From Octopus sinensis (taxonomy: Eukaryota), in assembly GCF_006345805.1 (NCBI RefSeq), contig NC_043006.1, positions 57,660,001 through 57,724,000 on the forward strand: a stretch of 64,000 bases of DNA. The letters run 5' to 3'. The position numbers were made by a program, and so were the translations under genes. Shown in pieces: positions 1 through 12,378 of the stretch. The notes beneath the pieces are model-generated. The model had not been told where the DNA came from. It searched no databases and saw only the letters and a list, made by a program, of their open reading frames with translations. How positions within the stretch are numbered: position 1 is the stretch's first letter; the number at the start of each line of letters is the position of its first letter.

Positions 1-310
1 GGGACGAAGAATGTTCCAGATAAAATGCAAGAAGTGCCATCTAAGATAGACTTCGCCTGAGCGGTGACGGTTCTGTGCAAAGCATGAAAATAAAAAATCA
101 ACATCTTGCAAATCACTAGATCTGCCCCCACAGAACTGGCTAGAGCAGAGCGTAGAAATGTTGATTCAGGCGACACCATGGGACTTGGAGGAGATCCCTG
201 ATAGGATGCACGTGGGTGAAGTAGTGTTGAAAATTCAAGTCGAGGGGAGGAAACCTCGTTGTTTCAAATATGGTCAGAAGGGCCACTTAAGAGCAAAGTG
301 TGGTCCTTCT
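1..310 (+). mobile_element. L1/Tx1-type LINE ORF1 fragment with degenerate CCHC zinc knuckle
   Basis: Frameshifted frames read ...KINILQITRS / MLIQATPWDLEEIPDRMHVGEVVLKIQVEGRKPRCFKYGQKGHLRAKC (C-x2-[C>Y]-x4-H-x4-C). Overlaps in protein with the fragment at 4739-5040. Confidence 0.6.
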
Positions 311-385
311 ACTACAGAAAATACCATGAATCGGTTTGGTACAGATTGGATGGAGACATTTAATTTGTGGGATTTGTCCATAAGT

Positions 386-748
386 TACGGAGATGTACTT
401 GCATAGCAAGTGATTTGATCTGAGATCGTGTGCTGAAAGGAAAACAATTGCAGCGTGAAAGGTGTTTGTAAGCCATTTAAGAAACACACAAAAGCCGTTC
501 GATTCACTTCAACATTTAAGTTTAATTGTCAAAATATTTTCGTCGCTTTAAGATCGCGACCTGTACATATATATAACGAACTAACTGTTACTTTCTCAGA
601 TGCAGCACGTATTTTTGTCAGTGAACAGGTCGCGATCTTAAAGCGACGAGAATATTTTGACAAATTAAACTTAAATATTGAAGTGAATCGAACGGCTTTT
701 GTGTGTTTCTTAAATGGCATACAAACACCTTCTACGCTGCAATTGTTG
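386..748. mobile_element. 363-bp fold-back insert with 11-bp TSD, Penelope-like non-autonomous element
   Basis: TSD TGTCCATAAGT at 375-385 and 749-759, with the Gypsy frame resuming after it; ~120-bp inverted arms 443-564 and 625-747, 60-bp spacer. Confidence 0.8.
614..664 (+). ncRNA. Minimal type I hammerhead ribozyme motif, G3-C8 core variant (A14>G in this copy)
   Basis: Stem I UUUGUCA(614-620)/UGACAAA(658-664); core GUGAACA 621-627; extra G; stem II GUCGC/GCGAC; GAGA here but GAAA in the opposite arm; palindromic AAUAUU stem III; UUU triplet 655-657. Confidence 0.65.
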
Positions 749-2020
749 TGTCCATAAGTATTTTCTGTAATAATGTGAATGCGTCGCACGCCAGTTAAAA
801 ATGAAGTTAAAAGAATGTATCCTGATGTTTTTCAGAAAAACTCGGTACATGTACGAAGACAAAAGTGAAACTCCGCATAAAAGAAAATGCCGTTCCAGTT
901 TTTAAACCAAAGGGAGCTGTGCCTTTTGCGGCACTGAATCAAGTAGAAAAAGAATTGAAAAGACTTGAGAATATTGGTGTAATACAAAAGATTAAACTAT
1001 TCCGAATGGGTAGCATAAATAGTGTACATAAAAAAACAGAAAAAGAACAAAATAAGGGTCTGCGCTGATTTTTCGGCGGGGTTTGATGATTGTCTGAAAA
1101 CTTATAACTATCCGTTACCAAGCCCAGAGGAGATTTTTGCCAAGCTTAATGGAGGCAAACTCCTTTCTAATCTGGATTTATCGGAAGCTTATTTATAGCT
1201 GCAGATAGACGAAGAATGTTCCAAGCTGTTAACGATAAACACGCACAAAGGGTTATACAAATTTAACCGACTTCCTTTCGGAATAAAAATTGCACCTGCA
1301 ATTCTTCAACAGATTATGGATGCAATATTAGCAGACTGAATTCGCATTTCCATACCTGGATGATATATTAAATAAAAGTGAATCTCGTGATCAGCATATC
1401 GAGCAAGTAAAGTGTGCTTTTGAAAAAATAAGAGATTACCGTTTCACATTGAGTGAGGAAAAATATGAATTTTTCTTACCTGAAATTAAGTATTTAGCAC
1501 AAATTACCGACAGGAATAGACAACGACCGGACTCATGGAAGGCAGACGCAATTAAAGATATGCGTCTTCCAACTAATATATCAACCTTACAAGCTTTTCT
1601 AGGTCTTTCGAATTACTATCAAATGTATATTCCAAGAATGCATGAGCTAAGAGCACCTTTAAACAAACTGCTGTAAAAGATGTGAAATCGTTTTGGACTG
1701 ACGAATGCTAAAAAGCATTCGAAGAGAGAGATTAAAAAGATGTTAACGTCAGAGCTATCTCTAGCATATTTTAATCCGAAACTAAAAATAATTGTAGCAT
1801 CAGATGCTAACGAGTCTGGGGTCGGAGCAGTAATCCTACATAAGTTGGGTAATGGTAACGTAAAAACCGATCGCACATGTGTTACGTGCATTACTATCGG
1901 CGGAAAAAATTACAGCCAGATAGAGAAAGAGATACTAGCCATTACCTTTGCAGTGAAGAGATTTCATAAATTCTTGCACGGCAGAAAATTTACCTTACAG
2001 ACAGATCACCGTCCCCACAT

Positions 2021-4733
2021 ATACAGCCAATCGATTGCAATCGAAGAATTTGGGACATGTGGACAGGCTATCGAGATTGATCCCGAAGTATAAGGAACCA
2101 GCACCTCGAGGCCAAACACATGGGCTGCATTGTCAGGGCTAGGATCCGCGCAATGGGTTGTGAAGGAATCAACGCCGTGAGATGGGCCCGAGTGGTGGAA
2201 GCTCAGCGTGGTAACGATGCCACGATTCGATCTATGACGAACCAACAAGGTGAGTTGATAAACGAGCCCGAGGAGATGTGTGAGGCCTTTCAGGAGCACT
2301 TCGCTCAGCTTTTCGATGAGTGCGGCGGACTGGATAGGAGGAGGGCCTTTACGGACCTCCTCGACGGGCTGCCGCGCTTATCGGGGCGAGATGCGGAGGG
2401 CTGTGAAGGGCCAATCACGCCTGGGGAGGTGGTTGAGGCGATGGCGGACTGCGGCGCGGGCAAGGCGCCGGGTTTAGATGGTCTACCCTATGAGTTATAT
2501 AAGAGTATGTCAGACTTGTTCGGGTACCTACTGGCGGAGGTCTATGCGAACTGGCAGCAGAACGGGCTCATACCCAGATCTGTGCGCCGGGGAGTAGTGA
2601 CACTCGTCAGAAAGGACCCGAGCAAGGGGGAGTGCATTGATAATTTCAGGCCCATCACTCTGCTAAACACAGAGTTGAAGATTTTGGCCAAAGTGTTATC
2701 GAAAAGATTGGCGCGTGTCGCGGATGGTCTGATCGGGGAGGCACAGACATGTGCCGTTCCTGGCAGAACCATTCAGGATAATCTCCATCTTATGCGGTAC
2801 ACTATAGAGGGGTTTAATAGCGATTCTGGCAAGGGTGGGGCACTGGTCCATTTAGACCAATCTAAAGCATTCGATAGGGTCGACCATCGCTACCTGGTAT
2901 CTGCCCTGGCACAGTTCGGGCTGTGCCTTGGCTTCCTCAGGTGGATTATCCAAATTTACGACAACATCGACTCGGTAGTTCGGGTGAACGGCTTCTTGTC
3001 GAAGCCGTTCAACATCAAGCGCTCGGTTCGTCAAGGGTGTCCGCTCTCCCCGCTTTTGTACGTGATGGCTCTTGAGCCATTACAGCGAAAACTGAGCGGC
3101 ATCCCGAGACAGCCAGGTAGTGGAAAATCGGTGTCAGCGTACGCGGATGACATCACCATCATCGTAACCGAAATGGACCACCTACGTAAAGTAGGCAAGG
3201 CCATAGAGGTTTACGAGACGGTGACAGGAGCAAAAGTTAATCGCGAAAAGTCAGTCGGCTTGCAACTCGGCACCTGGAGAGGCAAGTCGATGCCTCCTGA
3301 CAGCGTCGTGGGACGTTGGACGGAGGGTCCGATTAAGTTGCTAGGGGATTGGTTCGGTCCAGACCTCCAAATAGAGAAGAATTGGGGCGAGGTATCGAGC
3401 AGGGTGGCTGCAGTAACCAAGATCTGGTCTTGGCGGTGGCTATCCCTGAAAGGGAGGGCGGAGGTCGCCAATGTGTTTATCGCATCGGTTATCACCTACC
3501 GCCTTTCCGTCGTTCCTTGCCCTGATTCGTGGTTGATCAAGTTGGAAAGACAGCTCTTCTACTTCCTGTGGAAGGGCGGGAAACCACTTGTGAAACGCTC
3601 TACTTGCTGTCAACAACCGTTAAAGGGTGGGCTAGGGATGCCTTGGCTGATGATGCGCAGACATGCGCTGAGGTTAAGACATCTGTGGCTCTACCTGGAT
3701 GGTGAACGGGTGTGGTATCCGCTAGCAAAACTGATGTTTCCCAAGTTCACTAGTTTCGGTGGATGGGAAACCTGGCTGAATCGTAGATCGAAACTAGGCA
3801 CATGGTACACGGAGTGTCGCAAGGCTCTCCTGCTATTCCGTCGCTCGGGCAACGCCTGCGGTGGGGGTTCCACCACATTCTTCTATAGAGGGTTGGTAGA
3901 GGCGGAATGTGAAGATACCTTGGGGGAAACCCTAGGTTTCGACGATAATCAGCTGGCCAGTCTGTTCCAACGTACGTTCGAGCCGAAGACACTGGACAAC
4001 TTCCAGAAGTCTCTAGCATGGCAATGCTACAGAGGAGCTCTACCTGTTCGGGATAAACTTGCAAGGCACGGTGGCCAAGACAGTCCGATATGTCCAAGAT
4101 GCGAGCGGGATAGGGAAACCGTCCCGCACGCTATTGTTCATTGTTCGGACGTGTCTGAGGTGTGGGTTTATGCCGAACAGCTGTTGTCAAGCACACGAAG
4201 AGTACAGCTGTCGACTGAGTCTATTACAAAAATTGACCCACCAGATTTCCTCGCGAAAGAAGGTAAGATTTGTTTTCTCGTTGTAGTAGCAATTGCGAAA
4301 GAGGTGATATGGAAGACGAGAATGAAAGGTTTACAGTCAGGCAAGTTCATCTCCGGCCCTGGTTTGATGAATTATTTCATCTTTCACCTGAAAAGGAAGA
4401 TAGGGCTGGAGAGAATATGCCTGACTAAGAGAGTGTATGAAGAACGATGGAAAGATGTAGCACGAAAGTTGCGAGTGGATGATACCACATAAATGTAAAA
4501 CTAAACGAAACCAAAGTATCAGTGGGGAGGCGGGGCTCGTGGGGTCCGAGCTAAACCCGCTCCCACTCCATCCGTAATGTCTTCCGGTCTGTTCTCCATT
4601 CGATTTTTTTCTATTTTTGTAATTTTTTGTAAATTTTTAAAATTCGCTTTTTTGTAAAACCCATTCGTGTATCTGACCCCACATCAGATTGTATTGTCCC
4701 CTCTACGTTCGCCCCTTGTGGGTAATAATAAAA
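2021..4733 (+). mobile_element. 5'-truncated L1/Tx1-clade LINE (ORF2 3' part plus 3' UTR)
   Basis: RT ORF followed by a T-rich UTR ending AATAATAAAA; GC/CpG-rich relative to flanks; possible 5-bp TSD CACAT at 2016-2020 and 4734-4738. Confidence 0.85.
2120..4492 (+). CDS. LINE ORF2 reverse transcriptase with C-terminal Cys/His domain; APE endonuclease missing
   Basis: 790-aa open frame: KAPGLDGLPYELY, NFRPITLLNTELKILAKVL, LDQSKAFDRVDH, VRQGCPLSPLLY, YADD at 3140-3151, LSLKGRAEV, CPRCERDRETVPHAIVHC. Confidence 0.92.
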   Translation: MGCIVRARIRAMGCEGINAVRWARVVEAQRGNDATIRSMTNQQGELINEPEEMCEAFQEHFAQLFDECGGLDRRRAFTDLLDGLPRLSGRDAEGCEGPITPGEVVEAMADCGAGKAPGLDGLPYELYKSMSDLFGYLLAEVYANWQQNGLIPRSVRRGVVTLVRKDPSKGECIDNFRPITLLNTELKILAKVLSKRLARVADGLIGEAQTCAVPGRTIQDNLHLMRYTIEGFNSDSGKGGALVHLDQSKAFDRVDHRYLVSALAQFGLCLGFLRWIIQIYDNIDSVVRVNGFLSKPFNIKRSVRQGCPLSPLLYVMALEPLQRKLSGIPRQPGSGKSVSAYADDITIIVTEMDHLRKVGKAIEVYETVTGAKVNREKSVGLQLGTWRGKSMPPDSVVGRWTEGPIKLLGDWFGPDLQIEKNWGEVSSRVAAVTKIWSWRWLSLKGRAEVANVFIASVITYRLSVVPCPDSWLIKLERQLFYFLWKGGKPLVKRSTCCQQPLKGGLGMPWLMMRRHALRLRHLWLYLDGERVWYPLAKLMFPKFTSFGGWETWLNRRSKLGTWYTECRKALLLFRRSGNACGGGSTTFFYRGLVEAECEDTLGETLGFDDNQLASLFQRTFEPKTLDNFQKSLAWQCYRGALPVRDKLARHGGQDSPICPRCERDRETVPHAIVHCSDVSEVWVYAEQLLSSTRRVQLSTESITKIDPPDFLAKEGKICFLVVVAIAKEVIWKTRMKGLQSGKFISGPGLMNYFIFHLKRKIGLERICLTKRVYEERWKDVARKLRVDDTT

Positions 4734-4738
4734 CACAT

Positions 4739-5040
4739 GGAGGAAAGCACCTTCGAAAAGTGTCTTGGTGCGACTATGAAAGGTATCTAATCAGAGGCGG
4801 TAAATTCGCCACAATAGAAGCAAGGTTCGAGTGCAAGGGAGTACTCGACTCGAACTTGCAAAATGGAAATATTTTATTTTTACCTTTATATCTGGGACGT
4901 AGGACGTCCCGGAAAAAAATTTAAAATGCCCTCCCCCACCCCCGAAGTAGAGGTAGGCTGGATTGTAGCCATACTTCTATACAAGAGGGAGGACAAGATA
5001 CAATTGATCGAAATTACAAGAGACGGGCTAACAATTCTAG
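4739..5040 (+). mobile_element. Second L1/Tx1-type ORF1 fragment (diverged family)
   Basis: Frameshifted LIRGGKFATIEARFE...LPLYLGRRTSRKK / PEVEVGWIVAILLYKREDKIQLIEITR, aligns by eye with the fragment at 1-310. Confidence 0.5.
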
Positions 5041-5259
5041 TCTGTTATATATTTTGAGTATTGTTATCACTAGCGATATCAAGATATAACTTTGTATTTT
5101 GTATTTTATGTGTAGATATATATATATATTATATATATATATATAGATGTACATGTAATATGTACACATATACATACACATATATACATGCACTAGCACT
5201 ATGACCCGGCAACGACGAGTCTTTAATGCTAGATATATATATATATATATATATATATG

Positions 5260-5452
5260 TAGGTCCCGGGTTGATTGGGGTTAACCACAGTAAATAAGGT
5301 ACTCAATACATAGCAGAGTAAAAAAAATTTATTATATAGAAGGAGCTTCTACAGGACTAGAACTGTTTCATTCAAGAGAAATCTTCAGGAAGCTTCCTGA
5401 AGATTTCTCTTGAATGAAACAGTTCTAGTCCTGTAGAAGCTCCTTCTATATA

Positions 5453-5458
<6 letters not shown>
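5260..5458. mobile_element. Penelope-like end with perfect 132-bp palindrome (5327-5458) between (TA)n tracts
   Basis: Zero-spacer palindrome centred 5392/5393; each arm carries CTGAAGA...GAAAC (vestigial hammerhead-like). Confidence 0.6.
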
Positions 5459-5492
<34 letters not shown>

Positions 5493-5494
5493 TA

Positions 5495-5545
<51 letters not shown>
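5458..5545. repeat. (TA)n microsatellite
   Basis: direct reading. Confidence 0.95.
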
Positions 5546-5550
<5 letters not shown>

Positions 5551-6422
5551 CTTTCTTTCTTTCTTTCTTTCTCTCACCTCCGCACGCGCTTGCACAAGGC
5601 ACAGGAAGAACAATTGAAATGTGTATGACGTTTACTACCCACTTCATTTGATTCATTCGCACAGTTTTATCAATTTTCTGTGCTAAAAATTTATTTTTTT
5701 ACTCCATTACTTTCTGCTTTTCCACAAACTCTAATCTTTGTTGCATGCTTCATTAACTGCGGAAGCTATGCCAACGGAACGCAAGCTCCTAGAAGGGTCT
5801 CTCATGATGAATAGGTCAAGGAGTAGAGACCAGACTCATATGGATCACCTCTTCCCATAGATAAAAATGGGTTTGCGTAGGAAAACACTCTATCAAGTGA
5901 AAAGTAAAAAGAAGCAAAGTCACAAAAGCATCGATGAAAATTGAAAAATCAATAAGAAAAACATGATACGTCAGGCCTTGATCTGAGATCCAGGAGGTAA
6001 GCAGAAGAGATTGGATACCCTAAAAATAATTGAAAGCAGAGCTGGAAATGCACGGATTCATCTGGAAAATAGAAGAAAAGACAGACCAAATTCGAGAACA
6101 TTGATGAAAATCTTTCAATGGTTTGTATTCTGTAGGAAGCGAAGGGATTCCTGCCTTCCGTCCATACATGTTACATTTTTGAATCAACATCGTTTTTCTA
6201 TTCCTTTCCATCTTCTCCTTCTATTTTTCTTTTCATTCTATTTTAACGAAGAGCCATTATTCGAAACGTCGACATCGTTTTCTACAACTTATTGACATTG
6301 TTCCTTGACTTTTTTTGGTTACGTTTTATTTATTTATTCTTTGTTTTATTTTTGTTCGTGGCTCTCAAATGACATTGTCTCTCATTGTCATAGACCCACA
6401 AACGCAAAATTTTAGATACGTT

Positions 6423-6540
6423 ACCACCACCACTACTACTACAACTACCACCACCACCACCACCACCACCACACCACCACCACCACAACCACCACCACCA
6501 CCACCACCACCACACTGCCATCATCGTCTTCATCACCATC
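6423..6540. repeat. (ACT)n/(ACC)n microsatellite
   Basis: direct reading. Confidence 0.9.
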
Positions 6541-6750
6541 GACATTATCCATCTATCCCACCCCTTGTAATAAACTTCCTTATCGTCTCTTCTCTCTCTG
6601 TCCCACACACGCACGCACACACAAATACACACACAGAGACAGACAAACAGACAGACACGAACTGTTGCACATCATAGAACACACCTGGTCATGCTATAAC
6701 GTAGTAGATTGGGCTCTTTAGACACACACACATATTGACGTACATACACA

Positions 6751-6793
<43 letters not shown>

Positions 6794-6810
6794 TATATAT
6801 ATTATATATT

Positions 6811-7021
6811 CTTTTATCCTTTTACTTGTTTCAGTCATTTGACTGCGGCCATGCTGGAGTACCGCCTTCAGTCGAGCAAATAGACCACAGGACTTATTAT
6901 TTGTAAGACTAGTATTTATTCTATGGGTTCTCTTTTGCCGAACCGCTAAGTTACGGGACGTGAACACACCAGCATCGGTTGCCAAACGCCGTCGGGGGGT
7001 GGGGGCAAACACACATACAAG

Positions 7022-7058
<37 letters not shown>

Positions 7059-7229
7059 ACACACACATACACACACACGACAGGCTTCTTTCAGTTTCTG
7101 TCTACCAAATCCACTCACAAAGCTTTGGTCGGCTCTAGGCAATAGTAGAAGACATCCCAAGGTGCCACGCAGTGGGACTGAACCTCGAACCATGTGGTTG
7201 GTAAGCAAACTACTTACCACACAGCCACT
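6811..7229 (-). mobile_element. SINE family A (tRNA-derived head, internal (CA)n)
   Basis: Minus strand starts AGTGGCTGTGTGGTAAG...GGTTCAGTCC (A/B boxes); ~20 similar copies in window. Confidence 0.85.
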
Positions 7230-7447
7230 TATATATATATATGTATATATATGCATTGACACACAAATACCACACTATTTGCGTTTGACACACCTAAAAT
7301 AGTTGTAAAATAGTTGTAAAGTCCCGCTTCAGTCAAACAATATTCACTCATACCAAGACACCAGCTAAATACTTATCGCTTCAATCTCTACCTCTACCTC
7401 CACCCTCCTTACACCCGGCCTACTTCTCGGTCGCACCTTCCCATTTC

Positions 7448-8525
<1,078 letters not shown>

Positions 8526-8865
8526 CTCTCTCCTCTTCCTCCTCCTCCTCTCCATTATCTACCTCTGCCTTTCTGATCATCTGTCCGCCTGTCTGTCGGC
8601 CCGTCCAATCTCTCTTCTTGAAACTCTGTAGTCCAGACACACACACCTCACTGAAAAACAATTCTACGTTTGTTTCCTTGAGAAAAAAAAAAAAAAGTAA
8701 TAGGATCATTATTCAACCACAATAATATCGACGACAAAGTTATGAGATCAAAAGATAGCAAAGTCATACCATCTCCCTACCTCTCTCTCAGTCTCACTAA
8801 CTTACTTTCTCTATGCGTGTGTGCATGTATATAGTTAATATATATATATATATAACATATATATA

Positions 8866-9333
8866 TTCTTTTACTTGTTTCAGTCATTTGACTGTGGCCA
8901 TGCTGGAGTACCACCTTTAGTCGAGTAAATCGACTCCAGGACTTATTATTTGTGAACCTAGTACTTATTCTATCGCTAAACACACCAACATCGGTTGACA
9001 AGCGATGTTGGGGGACAAACACAGACACACAAACACAAATATATATATATATATATATACGACGGGCTTCTTTCAGTTTCTATCTACCAAATCTACTCCG
9101 GTTGTCAAGCGATGTAGGGAGGGGGGAGCAGACACAGACACACAAACGTATACACACACACATATATACATATATACGACAGGCTTCTTTCAGTTTCCGT
9201 CTTCCAAATCCACTCACAAAGCTTTGGTCAACCCGAGGCTATAGTAGAAGACACTTGCCCAAGGTGTCATGCAGTGGGAATCAACGCGGAACCATGTGGT
9301 TGGTAAGCAAGCTACTTACCACACAGCCACTCC
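8866..9333 (-). mobile_element. SINE family A with internal partial duplication
   Basis: Same consensus as 6811-7229; gttgtcaagcgatg...(CA)n...gacgggcttctttcagt segment repeated. Confidence 0.8.
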
Positions 9334-9339
9334 TACATC

Positions 9340-9401
<62 letters not shown>

Positions 9402-9759
9402 ATATATATATATATATACATGCACACACACACACACATATATATATACACATACATACTTCCACATATATGCACGTAACCACACTTGAGTGCATCACAA
9501 TAGCACCAAACCTTGTTGCAATAAATCGCATGCTATTGAACAGGAAAACTTCTCCGTAGTCGCACATCCTGTTAGAAACACCAACCAAATCTACCTCAAA
9601 TGTCACGCTTTTTTGTGTTTTAAAAAGGATGTACAGATTGAATAGTTTAACTCACTGAGATTGGCTTTGATCATCGATCTGGTCTGTCACACTTCACATG
9701 TGATTTAACAACAACAACAACAAAAAACAATATACCATTTAACACTGCACGCTCATCAT

Positions 9760-9954
9760 ACCAAACATACATACATACATACATTTTGTGTGTTTATACA
9801 TATACACAGATAAATATATTCATACGTACACACACTTATATATACTTACGTACGTACATACATGTATACATACACAAATATACGTTCATTCATATATTCA
9901 TACATATATACAAACACATTCATACATACACATAAATATACACATACATAGAAG

Positions 9955-10035
<81 letters not shown>

Positions 10036-10157
10036 GTGTGTTCACACACACATACATACGTAATATGTATATATATATGCATATATGTATGTATTTATAC
10101 GTATATATGTGTGTGTATATATATATATATACACACATATATACATATACGCATACA

Positions 10158-10188
<31 letters not shown>

Positions 10189-10757
10189 GTATATATATAT
10201 ACACACATATATATATATACATATACTCACATATATATGTATATATGTATGTATGTATGTATATACATACACACCCACACACATATATACGTATATACGT
10301 ACGTATATACATATCTACATACATAAATACATACATACCCATTTTACCTCACTTAGTAAAGCAGCTTGATGATATCTATGATGTACCAGAGGACAGTTCC
10401 AGTACCGTGTTCAAAATGATCCGACCAACCATCCATGCATATATACATTCTGGCTGCAATACAAGCACACACACACATACACACACACACACACACATAC
10501 ATACATACATACATACATACATACGGACGTACTCGTGGGCGTAGTTTTGGAATAACTGGCTCTCGAAATCCCAAACATCCTGGGAAACGAAAAGGATATT
10601 CCTGTTTCATACGACGGAAATTATAACTTTATAACTATGAAAAAAGGATTTTTTCCCTTCCAGAAATTTTATTTTGTTTCAGACTTTCGCCTCGGTTACT
10701 ATATCTGTTTCCCATACTTCGAGATATGGGACTGCGATGGACAACTTTTCCAGGTAT

Positions 10758-10843
<86 letters not shown>

Positions 10844-10989
10844 GGTAAACACGAACCGCCCACCCCCACGCCGCATACACACTTACATAACTATATAACA
10901 ATTAGATGTGTATGTGTGAATGAATATATATACATATATATATAGATATATATATATAATATATATATATATGTATGTACGTAAAAGTG

Positions 10990-11030
<41 letters not shown>

Positions 11031-11076
11031 CACTTCCTCTATGTATATGTATATATATATATACACACACACACAC

Positions 11077-11163
<87 letters not shown>

Positions 11164-11240
11164 ATATAGATACATACATTCTGAATGTGTGTATGAATGT
11201 GTGTATATATATATATATATATACACACGCAAGTGTGGGT
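9760..11240. repeat. Long compound (TA)/(CA)/(TG)/(TACA) microsatellite region
   Basis: direct reading. Confidence 0.95.
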
Positions 11241-11524
11241 GTGTGTACGTGTGTGCACATGAAGGTTTTTCAAACTGGATGGAAGAAGTTGGTTATTTAA
11301 ATAAGACGGGCGAAAGAAGGAATCAGACACCTCAATTACCAATCCCTCCCCTTCTTCTTCCTCCTCCTACTCCTGTTCTTTAACCCCTCCCCTTCCTTCT
11401 TCCCCTCCTCTATATTTCCGTTTGTGGTACCTGGGTAGCAGTGAAAAGAGAGTGTTTGAATCTCCGAGGTAAGTAGCAAGTTATTCATTATATATGATTT
11501 TCTTTTATTGCTTTTTTTTTGGGG

Positions 11525-11885
11525 GGGGGGGGTTCCTAGTCATTGGACAGTGGTCATGCTGGGGCACCACATTGAAATCGATAAAATCTTTCTGTTTTAT
11601 AAAGCAATTTTATTACTTATTTTACTTATTCTATCGAAATCTTTTTTTTTCTTTAGAACCGCTAAGTTACGAGAACGTAAACAAACCAGTAGCGGCTGTG
11701 AAGTAGTGAATGAGAAATACATAGAAACATACATACACACACATATACACACACGCACGCAAGATAGGCTTCCACACAGTTTCCGTCTACCAAACTCACA
11801 AAATATTCAGTAAAAGATGCCGCACGGTGGAATTGAACCCGAAACTACGTAATAACAAAGTAGACTTGTTAACTACGCAACTATG
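11525..11885 (-). mobile_element. SINE family A, decayed
   Basis: gtcattggacagtggtcatgctggggcacc...gaaccgctaagttacgag...ttccgtctaccaaactcac. Confidence 0.65.
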
Positions 11886-12089
11886 TAGAGTTTTGAAGTT
11901 ACAATTTTTGTGTTGATTCCTTACACTATCCACTGCTGCCCACGCTTCATTCGGCTCCGATTCACCAGATCTACGAATCAATGATTCTCTAGCCGTGACC
12001 ATCACGATTTTTTCTTCCTAATTGTGATATATCTTGGTTTACATTCTCCAACGTATTCCTAGCTGTTGTTAGTTTCTTCTACAAAGTTT

Positions 12090-12378
12090 CGTTTTTGGAT
12101 TTGGTTTGCAAGATTCTTTATGTGTGTTCGTGTGTTGAAGCATATTCTGTTGTGTCTGGGGAGAGTAATTTTCTTTTCGTGCCTTCTAATTTAACACACT
12201 CACCTGTATAATTTCCACTTATTCCTTATTTTTATTTTCCTAAAATTTTCGTTGCGTCTTACAACCTTTTCAATAGTCTTGACTCTTGAAAAAGTTGCAA
12301 AACGCAACGAAAATTTTTGGAGTGTGTTAAATCATAAGGCACAAAAAGAAAATTACTCTCCCCAGGCACAACAGTATT
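12090..12378. mobile_element. 289-bp fold-back insert with 10-bp TSD (U3-A8 hammerhead family)
   Basis: TSD TACAAAGTTT at 12080-12089 and 12379-12388; hairpin centre CAATAGTC-TT-GACT; inverted arm internally deleted. Confidence 0.8.
12240..12276 (-). ncRNA. Minimal type I hammerhead motif, U3-A8 core variant
   Basis: Minus: CUA|UUGAAAA|G|GUUGU-AAGAC-GCAAC|GAAAAUUU|UAG; stem I only 3 bp. Confidence 0.5.

Larger units (their letters stand above)
317..2012 (+). mobile_element. Decayed Ty3/Gypsy pol (protease end, RT, RNase H), interrupted by insert 386-748 and truncated at ~2012
   Basis: NRFGTDWMETFNLWDLS; KLRIKENAVPVFKPKGAVPFA; LYKFNRLPFGIKIAPAI; YLDD at 1353-1364; IIVASDANESGVGAVI; NYSQIEKEILAITFAVKRFHKFLHGRKFTLQTDHRP; several stops and frameshifts. 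Confidence 0.9.

Noticed and set aside
3-1223. 16-mer GACGAAGAATGTTCCA at 3-18 and 1208-1223
   Set aside because: Lies in two unrelated coding remnants in different frames with no flanking similarity; likely chance
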